Assembly (NCBI GenBank): GCA_036375015.1
Contig: DASUSR010000091.1
Coordinates: forward strand, 1-42,344
DNA from: Gemmatimonadales bacterium
Lineage (GTDB): Bacteria; Gemmatimonadota; Gemmatimonadetes; Gemmatimonadales; GWC2-71-9
DNA length: 42,344 nucleotides
Direction: 5' to 3'
Position 1 is the first letter of the stretch; each line of letters begins with the position of its first letter. The notes below the pieces were generated by a model. It worked only from the letters and a program-made list of their open reading frames with translations, was not told where the DNA came from and did not search any database. Shown one piece after another: positions 19,798 through 28,837 of this stretch. The translations under genes were made by a program, and so were the position numbers.

Positions 19798-21398
19798 TGC
19801 GGGCCGGTCTCGCACTCGCCGGACTGCTGCTGGTGCTGGGCGCGGACGGCGCGGCGCAGACCACCCGCGCGGAGCGCACCGGCTACCGGGAGACCTCCTC
19901 CCACGCGGACGTGCTCGGCTTCCTCGACTCGCTCGGCGCGCTCGGCGCCCCCATCTCGGTGGACACGCTGGCGATCACGCCGGGCGGACGCGTGGTGCCG
20001 TACGTGGTCGCATCGCGCCCGCTCGTCGGCCGCCCCACGGAGGCACGGCGGAGCGGCAGGCCCGTCGTCTACCTCCAGGCCAACATCCACGGGGGCGAGG
20101 TCGAGGGGAAGGAAGCGGCGCTGATGCTGCTCCGCGACCTCACCCTCGGTCCCCTGCGGCCCCTGCTCGACAGCCTGATTCTTCTGGTGGTTCCGATCTA
20201 CAACGCCGACGGGAATGAGGCGCTCGCGCCGGCCGCGGAGAACCGGCCGGGGCAGAACGGCCCCGCGCGGGTCGGCCGCCGGGCCAACGGCAGCGGGCTC
20301 GACCTCAACCGGGACTACGTCAAAATGGAGGCGCCCGAGACCCGGGGGGCCGCGCGACTCGTTCAGGCGTGGGATCCGGACCTGTTCGTGGACCTGCATA
20401 CCACGAACGGCAGCTACCATGGATACACCCTGACTTTCGCCGCAGGCCTGAATCCCAATCGGACCCCTGCCGACGATTATGCGCGGGACCGCTTCCTGCC
20501 CGAGGTGCGCCGGCGCGTGGCCCGGCGCCACGGCCGGGCGACCTTCTGGTACGGCAATTTCCGGAGTCAGCATCCGGACTCGCTGGCCCAGGGATGGGAG
20601 ACCTACGATCCGCGCCCGCGGTTCGGCACCAACTGGGCGGGTATGCGCGGCCGGGTCGCGGTGCTGAGCGAAGCCTACAGCAACGATGATTTCAGGACCC
20701 GCGTCGCCAGCACCTACGCGTTCGTGCGCGAGGTGCTGGGCCTCGCCGCGGAGGAAGGGAGCGCCATTCGCGACGCGGTCGAGTCATCGGCCCGGCAGAC
20801 GACCGACTCGGTGACCGTGCGCTCCCGGCTCGGACCACCCGCCGCGGAGGAGATCATCGCCGAGATCACCGGCCCCGCGGGCGATGGAGCCGGGGGATAT
20901 GCGCGCCGCCGGCGCAGCGGGGTGTACCGCACGCTCCGCATGCCGGCCTACCTCCACTTCGTGGCCGCCAGGCGGGAGGCGCTTCCCGCCGCCTATCTCG
21001 TCCCCAACTCGTTCGCGGGCGTCGTCACGCTGCTGCGGCGCCAGGGCGTCACCGTACGCCGACTGGCGGCGCCGTGGACCGGTCCGGTGGAGCGCTTCAG
21101 GATCGACAGCGTCTCGGCGGGACAGCTCTTCGAGGGCCACCGCCCCGTGCGAGTGGAGGGACGGTGGAGCGCCGAGTCGCCGGCGACGGCACCGGCCGGC
21201 TGGTTCCTGGTGGAAACCGCCCAGCCGGCCGGGCGCTTCGCCGGCTACCTGCTCGAACCGGCGTCCGAGGACGGGGTGGCGACCTGGAACCTGGTGGAGC
21301 CGCTCGTGCCGGGCGGCGTGTATCCCATTCTGCGCTCGCGGTCGCCGGTGCGCGCGGCCGCCGATACCTGCCCCGATCCGAGGGAAGACCGATGCTGA
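19797..21398 (+). CDS. Secreted M14-family zinc carboxypeptidase
   Basis: Signal peptide, then ANIHGGEVEG (HxxE zinc site), NADGNE, LDLNRDY and DLHTTNGSYHGY, which are M14 hallmarks. GTG 19797 overlaps the MFP stop. The upstream 396 codons of ORF 18609.. are an out-of-frame artifact. Confidence 0.82.
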   Translation: MRAGLALAGLLLVLGADGAAQTTRAERTGYRETSSHADVLGFLDSLGALGAPISVDTLAITPGGRVVPYVVASRPLVGRPTEARRSGRPVVYLQANIHGGEVEGKEAALMLLRDLTLGPLRPLLDSLILLVVPIYNADGNEALAPAAENRPGQNGPARVGRRANGSGLDLNRDYVKMEAPETRGAARLVQAWDPDLFVDLHTTNGSYHGYTLTFAAGLNPNRTPADDYARDRFLPEVRRRVARRHGRATFWYGNFRSQHPDSLAQGWETYDPRPRFGTNWAGMRGRVAVLSEAYSNDDFRTRVASTYAFVREVLGLAAEEGSAIRDAVESSARQTTDSVTVRSRLGPPAAEEIIAEITGPAGDGAGGYARRRRSGVYRTLRMPAYLHFVAARREALPAAYLVPNSFAGVVTLLRRQGVTVRRLAAPWTGPVERFRIDSVSAGQLFEGHRPVRVEGRWSAESPATAPAGWFLVETAQPAGRFAGYLLEPASEDGVATWNLVEPLVPGGVYPILRSRSPVRAAADTCPDPREDRC

Positions 21399-21859
21399 GC
21401 CCCGGCGATCCCGCGCCGCCCTTCACCCTGCCTGACAGCGACGGCCTGCCGGTATCGCTGGCCGACTACGCGGGACGGCACGTGGTGGTCTATTTCTACC
21501 CCGCCGACGACACGCCCGGGTGCACCAAGGAGGCCTGCGGCTTTCGGGATGCCTGGGACGAGTTGCGCGAGCTCGGGGCCGTGGTGCTCGGCGTCTCGGG
21601 CGACGACGCGGAGTCGCACCGGCGCTTCACGGCCAAGTATCGGCTGCCCTTCACCCTGCTCTCCGATCCGGACCACGAGGTGATGCGTGCCTACGGCGCC
21701 TACGGCGAGAAGACCCTCTACGGCAGGAAGGTGGTGGGCGTCATCCGCTCCACCGTGTGGATCGGCCCGGACGGGCGGGTGCGCCGGCACTGGCCCCGGG
21801 TGAGCAACGCGGGGGAGCATCCGGGCAAGGTGGTGGCCGCTCTCAGGGAAGCGGCCTGA
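21392..21859 (+). CDS. bcp: Peroxiredoxin Bcp (thiol peroxidase)
   Basis: GDPAPPFTLPDSDG...VVVYFYPADDTPGCTKEACGFRD is the Bcp/PrxQ active-site motif. The start overlaps the M14 gene stop by 7 nt. Confidence 0.9.
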   Translation: MLSPGDPAPPFTLPDSDGLPVSLADYAGRHVVVYFYPADDTPGCTKEACGFRDAWDELRELGAVVLGVSGDDAESHRRFTAKYRLPFTLLSDPDHEVMRAYGAYGEKTLYGRKVVGVIRSTVWIGPDGRVRRHWPRVSNAGEHPGKVVAALREAA

Positions 21860-21875
21860 GGGCCCGCCGGGCCGC

Positions 21876-21884
21876 TATATTTCA
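21876..21884 (+). promoter_or_regulatory. -10-like TATATTTCA element upstream of lepB
   Basis: An A/T 9-mer in GC-rich DNA. The identical 9-mer recurs at 31753-31761. Confidence 0.35.
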
Positions 21885-21920
21885 GCCTTTCCGGCTCACG
21901 ACACTCACCGGGACTCCGGC

Positions 21921-22643
21921 ATGACCGCACGCACCGCAGCACAGACCCGATCGTTCGTCGCCTGGGTGTGGGAATGGACCAAGTCGATCGTCGTCGCGCT
22001 CGTCGTCTGGTTCTTCCTGCGCACCTTCCTCGTGGAGGCCTTCCGGATTCCATCCGGGAGCATGGAGAACACCCTTCTCATCGGTGATTTCCTGTTCGTG
22101 AACAAGGCACTCTACGGCGCGGAAGTGCCGATCATCAGGGCCCGCCTGCCCGCGGTGCGCGAGCCCGAGCGCAGCGACATTCTGGTGTTCGACTCGGTCG
22201 AGGAGGAAGGGCTCAAGGTCGTCAAGCGTCTCATCGGCATGCCCGGGGATACCTTGTACATGGAGGCGGGCCAGCTCTATCGCAACGGCACGCGGGTGGA
22301 CGAGCCCTATGCGGTCCATTCGGATCCGGGCCGGTCGGAGGACCCGATCCAGCGTGCCAAGATGCGGGAATGGCAGCTGCCCCACCTGGCCCGGCGCGAC
22401 AGCGGCGACTACCAGCCCGACCTCCAGGACTGGGGCCCGATCGTGGTGCCGACGGACTCGTTTTTCATGATGGGGGACAACCGGGACAGCTCGTACGATG
22501 GCCGCTACTGGGGCTTTCTCCCGCGCCAGAACGTGCGGGGACGGCCGCTGGTGGTCTACTTCAGCTACGACCCGAACAGCTGGCGCTCGATCCCGTTCCT
22601 GACCGCGGTCCGGTGGGGCCGCCTGTTCACGGCGCCCGAGTAG
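21921..22643 (+). CDS. lepB: Signal peptidase I
   Basis: IPSGSMENTL (catalytic Ser), VVKRLIGMPGD (catalytic Lys), FFMMGDNRDSSYDGRYWGF. Confidence 0.92.
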   Translation: MTARTAAQTRSFVAWVWEWTKSIVVALVVWFFLRTFLVEAFRIPSGSMENTLLIGDFLFVNKALYGAEVPIIRARLPAVREPERSDILVFDSVEEEGLKVVKRLIGMPGDTLYMEAGQLYRNGTRVDEPYAVHSDPGRSEDPIQRAKMREWQLPHLARRDSGDYQPDLQDWGPIVVPTDSFFMMGDNRDSSYDGRYWGFLPRQNVRGRPLVVYFSYDPNSWRSIPFLTAVRWGRLFTAPE

Positions 22644-22655
22644 AGCGCCGTGGCG

Positions 22656-22916
22656 TCATCGCTGCTGGGTTCGGGGGGCCTCGGGGAGGGCCGCTCGGCT
22701 GACGGTGCGAGGGATGTAGGCGGCGGTGCGGCTGCAGGCGTTGCAGTGCAGGGTGACCCGGCCGCCCTGCAAATCCTCGCCGGAAGCCCGTTCCGGGGTC
22801 CGCTGGACATCGGCGGCGCCGCAGGAGGGGCAAACCAACGGTTTCTGGTCTCGGTCTGCCGCGATCAGTATCAGCGCTTCCGGTGCGCGGTACTCTTTGA
22901 TGCCCCTGCGTCCCAC
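22656..22916 (-). CDS. Small zinc-ribbon protein (86 aa)
   Basis: CPSC-x26-CNAC cysteine pairs. GTG start preceded by GGAAGGG. GC3 is roughly 80% by my count. Confidence 0.5.
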   Translation of the reverse strand: MGRRGIKEYRAPEALILIAADRDQKPLVCPSCGAADVQRTPERASGEDLQGGRVTLHCNACSRTAAYIPRTVSRAALPEAPRTQQR

Positions 22917-23039
22917 AGACTGCCCTTCCGGCGGGGCTTCCTGGCATGGAACTCGCCTGCCCCAACCCAGTGCAATTTATGGGATAGCTCCCGGGATGCA
23001 AAGGTGCGCCAGGAGAGCCCGTCAGGCAGAAAGGGACGA

Positions 23040-23456
23040 ATGCGTCACCCGATGAGGACGGCTGTAGTGACCCTTGCCGCGCTAGCCGGAGCGGCCGGTA
23101 CCACCGCCGCCCAGCAGCAGCACGAGATCCGGATGGAGGAGGACCAGAAGCGCGGCGAGTATCGCTTCCAGCCCGCCACGATCAAGGCGCGACCGGGAGA
23201 CCTGCTCGTGTTCCAGGCGGTGAGCGGCGCCCCCCACAGCGTGGTGTTCGAGGCCCGCGGGATGAGCCGGCAGGCCCACGAGGCGCTCAACGCCGCCATG
23301 CCGAGGCGGTCCGGTGACCTGAGCAGCCCATTGCTGACTCGAAACGGGGCGGAATACCGGATCACCGTTCCGGCGCTCCCGGCCGGCAGTTACGCATTTT
23401 TCTGTCTGCCGCACCGGGCCTACGATTCGCGCGGGGAGCTGGTGATCGCGAGGTAA
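23040..23456 (+). CDS. Secreted cupredoxin (plastocyanin/pseudoazurin-like) protein
   Basis: Signal peptide, then GAPHSVVF and YAFFCLPH (His...Cys-x2-His copper ligands). AAGGGA RBS precedes ATG 23040. Confidence 0.72.
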   Translation: MRHPMRTAVVTLAALAGAAGTTAAQQQHEIRMEEDQKRGEYRFQPATIKARPGDLLVFQAVSGAPHSVVFEARGMSRQAHEALNAAMPRRSGDLSSPLLTRNGAEYRITVPALPAGSYAFFCLPHRAYDSRGELVIAR

Positions 23457-23536
23457 GCTGTTCCCTGCTCAAGATTTGGATGCCGACAACGGTCCCGGGT
23501 GGGAACCTCCGGGGCCGTTTTCCGTGACCGCGAGAG

Positions 23537-23560
23537 TAGTAGTCTGCGATAATACTACTA
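23537..23560. promoter_or_regulatory. A/T-rich inverted repeat TAGTAGT-N10-ACTACTA overlapping a GATAAT -10-like hexamer
   Basis: Read directly from the sequence. It lies about 90 nt upstream of the lysine-rich gene. Confidence 0.4.
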
Positions 23561-23649
23561 GCATTGGGCGGACGGGCGTGCGAAGATTCGACCCAGTGGG
23601 GACCGCCGCTCGCTTGGCGTCCCGTGAGACCTGGAGGCAAGGAGGTAAC

Positions 23650-24033
23650 GTGGTGTCGGAGCTTGGCGGTTCACAGATCTCGACTTTGCTGGAAACCTTG
23701 CCCGGGATCGCGAACGTCCTGCGGAGTCCGGTGGCCGACGCGCTCGGCAACGTCATTCGGGCCGCGGCCCGGCTCACCGAGTTCAACGTGGCCGACGCCG
23801 ACGAGCTGGTGAAGTACGCCACCCGCCGCGGGTTGCTGGGCCAGGACGAAGGTGACCGGATTCTCGCCGAGGTGCATGCGGCCGAGCAGAAGCGGGTCGA
23901 GCGGGCCGCCGACCGGGAAAAGGCCCAGCGGGCCAAAGCCAAGAGCAAGGGGCGGACGGTGAAGCCGGTCAAGGCGGTGAAGAAGGCGAAGCTCAAGGCG
24001 GTCAAGAAGGCGGCCAAGACGAAGCGGCGTTGA
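23650..24033 (+). CDS. Protein with histone-H1-like lysine/alanine-rich C-terminal tail
   Basis: AGGAGG RBS 4-5 nt before GTG 23650. The C-terminus is KAKSKGRTVKPVKAVKKAKLKAVKKAAKTKRR. Confidence 0.65.
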   Translation: MVSELGGSQISTLLETLPGIANVLRSPVADALGNVIRAAARLTEFNVADADELVKYATRRGLLGQDEGDRILAEVHAAEQKRVERAADREKAQRAKAKSKGRTVKPVKAVKKAKLKAVKKAAKTKRR

Positions 24034-24054
24034 GCCGCACGAGACGGCGGAGCG

Positions 24055-24091
24055 AACGAGCCCAACCACCCCGGTTGGGCTCGTTGCTTTT
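24055..24091 (+). terminator. Intrinsic terminator
   Basis: Perfect 13-bp stem AACGAGCCCAACC / GGTTGGGCTCGTT with a 5-nt loop, followed by GCTTTTCC. Confidence 0.75.
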
Positions 24092-24141
24092 CCCGGGCCC
24101 GGCTGACAGATACCAGGGACGACTTGGCCGCCGGGGGCCCC

Positions 24142-24522
24142 ATGCACCTGCCCGCAACACGAGTCTGGCTGGCGTTGATCGTCGGATGCGGCGACGGTGG
24201 CACTGCACCGGCCGGACCCCCTACGTCCCTCCCGTCCAGACTGGGTGACCTGGAGATCATCACGACCGGGAGCGGGCCGGGTGCGGACCCCGACGGCTAC
24301 GACCTGATCGTGAACGGCGTGGTTCAGGGTACGATGGACCCGGAGGACACGCTGCGGATCGTGTCGGTGCCCACGGCCGACTACCTCATCGGCCTGAGCG
24401 GGGTCGCGCCGCACTGCAAGGTCGGGGGCGGTAACCCGCGGGGCATCAGGGTGGAGCCGGGGGTCAGCACCCGGGTCATCTTCGTGACCAAATGCGACCC
24501 GCCCGAGGCCCCTACGTCTTGA
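24142..24522 (+). CDS. Small lipoprotein
   Basis: Lipobox LIVGC, beta-rich sequence and high GC3. The 3' end overlaps the convergent MCP gene by 11 nt. Confidence 0.65.
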   Translation: MHLPATRVWLALIVGCGDGGTAPAGPPTSLPSRLGDLEIITTGSGPGADPDGYDLIVNGVVQGTMDPEDTLRIVSVPTADYLIGLSGVAPHCKVGGGNPRGIRVEPGVSTRVIFVTKCDPPEAPTS

Positions 24523-26206
24523 ACTCCTGCATCAGCGCCGTCAGCCGCGTGGCGCCCTGAAGCAGGTCGCCCGCTGCCGAGGCCATCTCGCCGGTGCTGG
24601 CGCTCTGCTCCTCGGCCGCCGCGGTCACCTCCTCGCTGGCCGAGGCGTGCTCCGTGGCGGCCTGGCTGACGTCGCGGGTGCGCTCGCCGAGCTGCTCCAC
24701 GATCTGCCGGTTCGCTCCGGCCTCGCGCTCGACCTCCTCCGCCGCATTGTGCACCTCCTCGACCGCCGTGCTGATCTCCTCCAGCGCGCGAGCCGCCGCG
24801 ACCGCCACCGACTCGATCCCCTGCACCTTGGCCGAGCCGACCTCCATGGTCTGGGACACGCCGCGTACCTGGGTGCGGATGTGCTGAACGGTCTTGGCCA
24901 CGTCCTCGGCCGCGGTGGCGCTCGAGTCGGCCAGCCGGCGGACCTCTTCCGCCACGACGGCGAACCCCCGGCCGTGCTCGCCCGCGCGCGCCGCCTCGAT
25001 GGCGGCGTTCAGGGCCAGGAGGTTGGTCTGGCTGGAGATCTGCTTGATCAGGTCGATGAACGCGGTGATCGGCTCGGAGAGCCGGGCGAGCTCCTGCACC
25101 TGCTGTGCGGAGGTGCGGACCACCTCCCGGACGTCGAGCAGGGCCTGGCCGGCCGCGGCCACATCGGCCCGGTGGTGCGCGGCGAGCTCCCGGATCCGGT
25201 CGCCCAGGTGCGCCACCCGGGCCGCCGCCTGCGCGTTGGCCTCGGCGATCTGGCGCAGGCTCAGGAGCAGCGCGTCGGCCTTCTCCATCCCCTGCACCTG
25301 CTGCTCCGCGCTGGAGGCGATCTTCACCATGGCCGTGGAGATCTCGCCGCTGCTCGCCGCGAGCTGCTCGCTCATGGCGGAGAAATCGCTCGCGCTGTTG
25401 CCGATCTGGCTCGCCTCGCCGACCACGGCCACCACCACCTTGCGGAGCCGGCCGCCCATGTCGTCCATCGCGCGGGAGAGGCGCTCCAGCTCGGTCGGCA
25501 TGCGGCCGAGCCGCACCGGCCGCAAGTCGCCGGCGCCGAACCGCTCCGCCGCGCCGACCAGCATGGTGAGGGGCCGGTCCACCATCCGCACGGTGAAGAA
25601 CGCGATCCACACGCCGATCACGAACGAGGCGAAGAAGAGGATCCACAGCGTCTGCCGCCGCTGCTCCGCCTGGCGCCGGAGATCCGAGGCCCGCGCCATC
25701 GAGCGCGTGGTCTGCGCGAGCGAGAGCGCCCGCACGTCGCCCAGGAGGGTGTCCGACGGCGCGCGGGCCAGATCCGCCTGGCGGCGGGCGTCGTCGGTGC
25801 GGCCGAGGTCGGCGAGGGCGTGGGCCCGCGCGTAGGCCACCTCGATCTGCGCCTGGTTGTCGGCGATCTTGTTGACGATGTAGCGGTCCGCCGTGGTGAG
25901 CGAGGCGAGGGTGCGGTAGCGGCGCTGGATGGCGTAGGCGGAGTCGCCCTCCTCCAGCGCGAGCAGCCGCAGCTGGGCCGAGGGACGTACCAGGTACTGC
26001 TCGGCGGAGCGGATCTCGGAGGCGACGGCGGAGACCAGCCCGTTGCCCAGGTCGGTGCTCTCCAGCAGCAGGGCCAGCTCGGAGTCCACCGAGCGCCCCA
26101 GCGACCGGATGGAGTTCACCCCGAGCAGGGCGATCACGAACACCAGCGCGATCAGCAGCACCATGCCCGCGATCACGCGGCTGCGGAGACTGCGCATGAC
26201 CGTCAT
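24512..26206 (-). CDS. Methyl-accepting chemotaxis protein (4-helix-bundle sensor, HAMP, MA domain)
   Basis: Two TM segments flank a periplasmic helical domain. The highly conserved signalling hairpin is [34 protein letters not shown]. Confidence 0.92.
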   Translation of the reverse strand: MTVMRSLRSRVIAGMVLLIALVFVIALLGVNSIRSLGRSVDSELALLLESTDLGNGLVSAVASEIRSAEQYLVRPSAQLRLLALEEGDSAYAIQRRYRTLASLTTADRYIVNKIADNQAQIEVAYARAHALADLGRTDDARRQADLARAPSDTLLGDVRALSLAQTTRSMARASDLRRQAEQRRQTLWILFFASFVIGVWIAFFTVRMVDRPLTMLVGAAERFGAGDLRPVRLGRMPTELERLSRAMDDMGGRLRKVVVAVVGEASQIGNSASDFSAMSEQLAASSGEISTAMVKIASSAEQQVQGMEKADALLLSLRQIAEANAQAAARVAHLGDRIRELAAHHRADVAAAGQALLDVREVVRTSAQQVQELARLSEPITAFIDLIKQISSQTNLLALNAAIEAARAGEHGRGFAVVAEEVRRLADSSATAAEDVAKTVQHIRTQVRGVSQTMEVGSAKVQGIESVAVAAARALEEISTAVEEVHNAAEEVEREAGANRQIVEQLGERTRDVSQAATEHASASEEVTAAAEEQSASTGEMASAAGDLLQGATRLTALMQEFKT

Positions 26207-27372
26207 GGCACCCGCGCGACGGTCTCGGTCGCGTCCTCCATCACCGTCACATGGCCGTTGCGCACCAAACCGATGTAGACGTTCTGGTGGGGCACGTCGC
26301 CCGCCGCGTCGAACGACACCGTCCCGGTGATGCCCTCGAACGGCGGCGTGGCGGAGCCGACCCCGGCGAGCTCCCGCCGGATCGCCGCGCGGTCGGTTCC
26401 CGCCCGCGCGATGACGTCGCGCAGCAGGTAGACCGCGTCGTAGGTGGCCGCCGCCGGCTGATTGGGGGCGCCCGCCCGGGGGTACTTCCGGCGGTATGCC
26501 TCGACGAATCGCCGGTTGGCACTGGTCGGGAGATTGGGGAAGTACGCGGACGAGAGATAGACGCCCTCGGCCAGGGTGCCGGCCTCGTGGATCCCCTCGA
26601 GACCGTCGCCGCCGAGCACCGGGATCCCGAGGCCCCGGCGGCGCGCCTGACGGATGATCTCTTCGGCCTCGACCCGGTTTCCGGCCACGACCAGGAACTC
26701 CGCGCCGCGGGACCGGACCAGCCGGTCGAGATAGGGACCCACGTCGGGCGTGTCGCCGAGATAGGGATCGATCGACTCCAACCGGCCGCCGAGACGCAGG
26801 AACTCTCGGACGAACGTCTGGCGGATCCCGCGGCCGTACTGATCGTTGAGGTAGAGCACGGCCCCCCGGCGGAGCCCCAACCGCTCGAAGGCCCAGTGGG
26901 CCAGGGTGGCGCCGTGGGCCAGATCGCTGGGGCAGACGCGGAAGGTGTAGTCGCCGGCGGTGCTGAGCTCGGGCGAGGAGGACGAGGGCGAGATGGCGGC
27001 GACGGGGTCCGCGCCGCCGTTGTACACCGGCGAGGCGGCGAGCGTCATCCCGGAGAAGAGATGCCCGATCACCGCCGAGACGCCCGACTCGTACAGGTCG
27101 GTGGCGATGAACACCGCGGAGTCGGGGTCGGCATAGTCGTCGCGGAGGACCAGCTCGAGCCGCCGGCCGTTGATCCCGCCCTCAGCGTTGATCTCCTCGG
27201 CGGCGAGCTCGGCGGCCAGCTGCATCGGGGTGCCGATCGGGTCGCTGAACGACCCGGCCACCCCGATGAGTACCGCGTCGGTGTCCCCTCCGCCGCACGC
27301 GGCTGCCAACGCGACCAACGCGCCGCCGCACGCCCTCGGCGCAATAAGCAGCAGACGGTCGAACAATGCCAC
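26203..27372 (-). CDS. LivK/Peripla_BP_6-type periplasmic ligand-binding lipoprotein
   Basis: Lipobox LAAAC and type-1 PBP blocks ([29 protein letters not shown]). The stop overlaps the MCP ATG (ATGA on the minus strand). Confidence 0.82.
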   Translation of the reverse strand: MALFDRLLLIAPRACGGALVALAAACGGGDTDAVLIGVAGSFSDPIGTPMQLAAELAAEEINAEGGINGRRLELVLRDDYADPDSAVFIATDLYESGVSAVIGHLFSGMTLAASPVYNGGADPVAAISPSSSSPELSTAGDYTFRVCPSDLAHGATLAHWAFERLGLRRGAVLYLNDQYGRGIRQTFVREFLRLGGRLESIDPYLGDTPDVGPYLDRLVRSRGAEFLVVAGNRVEAEEIIRQARRRGLGIPVLGGDGLEGIHEAGTLAEGVYLSSAYFPNLPTSANRRFVEAYRRKYPRAGAPNQPAAATYDAVYLLRDVIARAGTDRAAIRRELAGVGSATPPFEGITGTVSFDAAGDVPHQNVYIGLVRNGHVTVMEDATETVARVP

Positions 27373-27478
27373 TCGCGGGCTCCGTGCCTAAGTTGCTGGA
27401 AGTCGGTAACTTGGTGCTGCTTGACGAGGCCGACGAGAGTGAAAGTGCAAGTTGCGTACTCGGGTCTGGAGGTGCCGG

Positions 27479-27760
27479 ATGCTGGACTGGGCCGAGCGGG
27501 GGGCGGACCTCACCTACGATCTGCACGGGCAGAGCGTGGCGGAGGCGGTCACCAACGCCGAGCGCTTCCTGCGGGCCCAGGGGCGGGCGCGCCGGGGCGG
27601 AGTCGTGCGGCTGGTGACCGGGCGGGGCAGGGCGGGCGGAGGGGCGCCGATCCGCACTCGGGTGCGCACCCTGCTCCGGCGGATGCGGGAGCAGGGCGAG
27701 GTGGTGTGCGACTACGTGCTGGAGGAGGGGGAGGGAAGCTTTCTGGTCCGGCTCCGCTGA
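27479..27760 (+). CDS. Smr (small MutS-related) domain protein
   Basis: LTYDLHGQSVAEA...VRLVTGRGRAG is the Smr LDLHG/TGxG pattern. Confidence 0.8.
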   Translation: MLDWAERGADLTYDLHGQSVAEAVTNAERFLRAQGRARRGGVVRLVTGRGRAGGGAPIRTRVRTLLRRMREQGEVVCDYVLEEGEGSFLVRLR

Positions 27761-27778
27761 GCGGCGCTGAACGCGCGG

Positions 27779-28405
27779 TCAGGGACGAGTCCCGGCGGGT
27801 CCTGCCGGCCGACCGGCGAGTGTATCCACCCGCTGACCGCCGGCGTGGGGCTGGCTGTCGCGCTTGACGAGCGAGGCCCGCGCGCGGTCGCGGCCCCAGG
27901 CGTCGAGCACCCGGCCGTCCACCAGGCTCACCGAGGCGACCTTCTCCCCCCGGTCCTGCCGCCAGGTCAGGCGGAGCATCCGGCCGCGGCGAACCCACTG
28001 CATCATCCACTGCGTGCCCTGGGCGCGGGCGCCGACGCGGCCGTAGCGCGCCACGATCCCGCTGCGCCACTGATCGAGCCGGTCGCTGTCGAGGTCGGAT
28101 CGCAGGGTGATGATGCCGGCGACGCTGTCGATCGCGGAGATCCACAGGGCCACCGGGCCACCGAGCGCGGCGTCGGTGAACCGGCCGCGACACTCGGTGA
28201 CCCTGCGGTCGGCCTTGGCGCCCTCGCAGCGGAGCCGCCCGCCCTCGAGGCGGCGCACCACGGCGTCGATCTCATCCAGCCGGGCACCGGCCCGGAAGCC
28301 GTGGAACTGGAGCGTGGTGGTATCGGTGGGAGCCGGGGCGGCGGCCGCGGCGGAAGGCGCTGCGAGGGCCGCGAGGAGCGCGAGGGTGCGAAGCGGGCCG
28401 GTCAT
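27779..28405 (-). CDS. Secreted hypothetical protein
   Basis: Signal peptide MTGPLRTLALLAALAAPSAAAAA and high GC3. No motif recognised. Confidence 0.6.
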   Translation of the reverse strand: MTGPLRTLALLAALAAPSAAAAAPAPTDTTTLQFHGFRAGARLDEIDAVVRRLEGGRLRCEGAKADRRVTECRGRFTDAALGGPVALWISAIDSVAGIITLRSDLDSDRLDQWRSGIVARYGRVGARAQGTQWMMQWVRRGRMLRLTWRQDRGEKVASVSLVDGRVLDAWGRDRARASLVKRDSQPHAGGQRVDTLAGRPAGPAGTRP

Positions 28406-28525
28406 CGTCGGGGCTCCTCGGCTCGGGCGAAGAAGGCAAACACCGAGATCCCCCGCCTGAGCGGCAGGGGACCGGGATGCTGCTGGCTCTGCGTCGAAAT
28501 GGGAAAGGCGCGGAGCGCCGGGGTG

Positions 28526-28726
28526 TCAGACCTTGCGGACGTTCGACGCCTGGAGCCCCTTCGGCCCCTCGACGACTTCGAACTCCACATTGTCCCCTTC
28601 AGCCAAGGAGCGGAAGCCTTCCGCCACGATGGCGGTGTGGTGCACGAACACGTCCTTGCCGCCGTCCTGCGCGATGAAGCCGAACCCCTTCGCATCGTTG
28701 AACCACTTGACCGTGCCCTTCGCCAT
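28526..28726 (-). CDS. cspA: Cold-shock protein (CSD)
   Basis: [18 protein letters not shown] (RNP1) and VFVHH (RNP2). 66 aa. Confidence 0.95.
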   Translation of the reverse strand: MAKGTVKWFNDAKGFGFIAQDGGKDVFVHHTAIVAEGFRSLAEGDNVEFEVVEGPKGLQASNVRKV

Positions 28727-28802
28727 TGCTGCAACCTCTTGAAAAGGGAGCCCGCGGGCTCCGGGGAAAACCCCGGCCCTCGTGGCCGGGAATTGCACCC
28801 TC

Positions 28803-28837
28803 AATAAAAAACGCCGCCCGGACATCGTCCGGCCGGC
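28803..28837 (-). terminator. Terminator-like hairpin plus U6 between ogt and csp
   Basis: On the minus strand: an 11-bp stem with one mismatch (28813-28823 / 28827-28837) and a 3-nt loop, followed by UUUUUUAUU (28803-28812). Confidence 0.6.

Noticed and set aside
27373-27395. Sigma-54-like GGCACG-N4-CCGC immediately upstream of the binding-protein gene (minus strand).
   Set aside because: The -12 element is poor (CCGC, not TTGC). The motif abuts the GTG start, leaving no room for a transcript leader, so it is likely chance.
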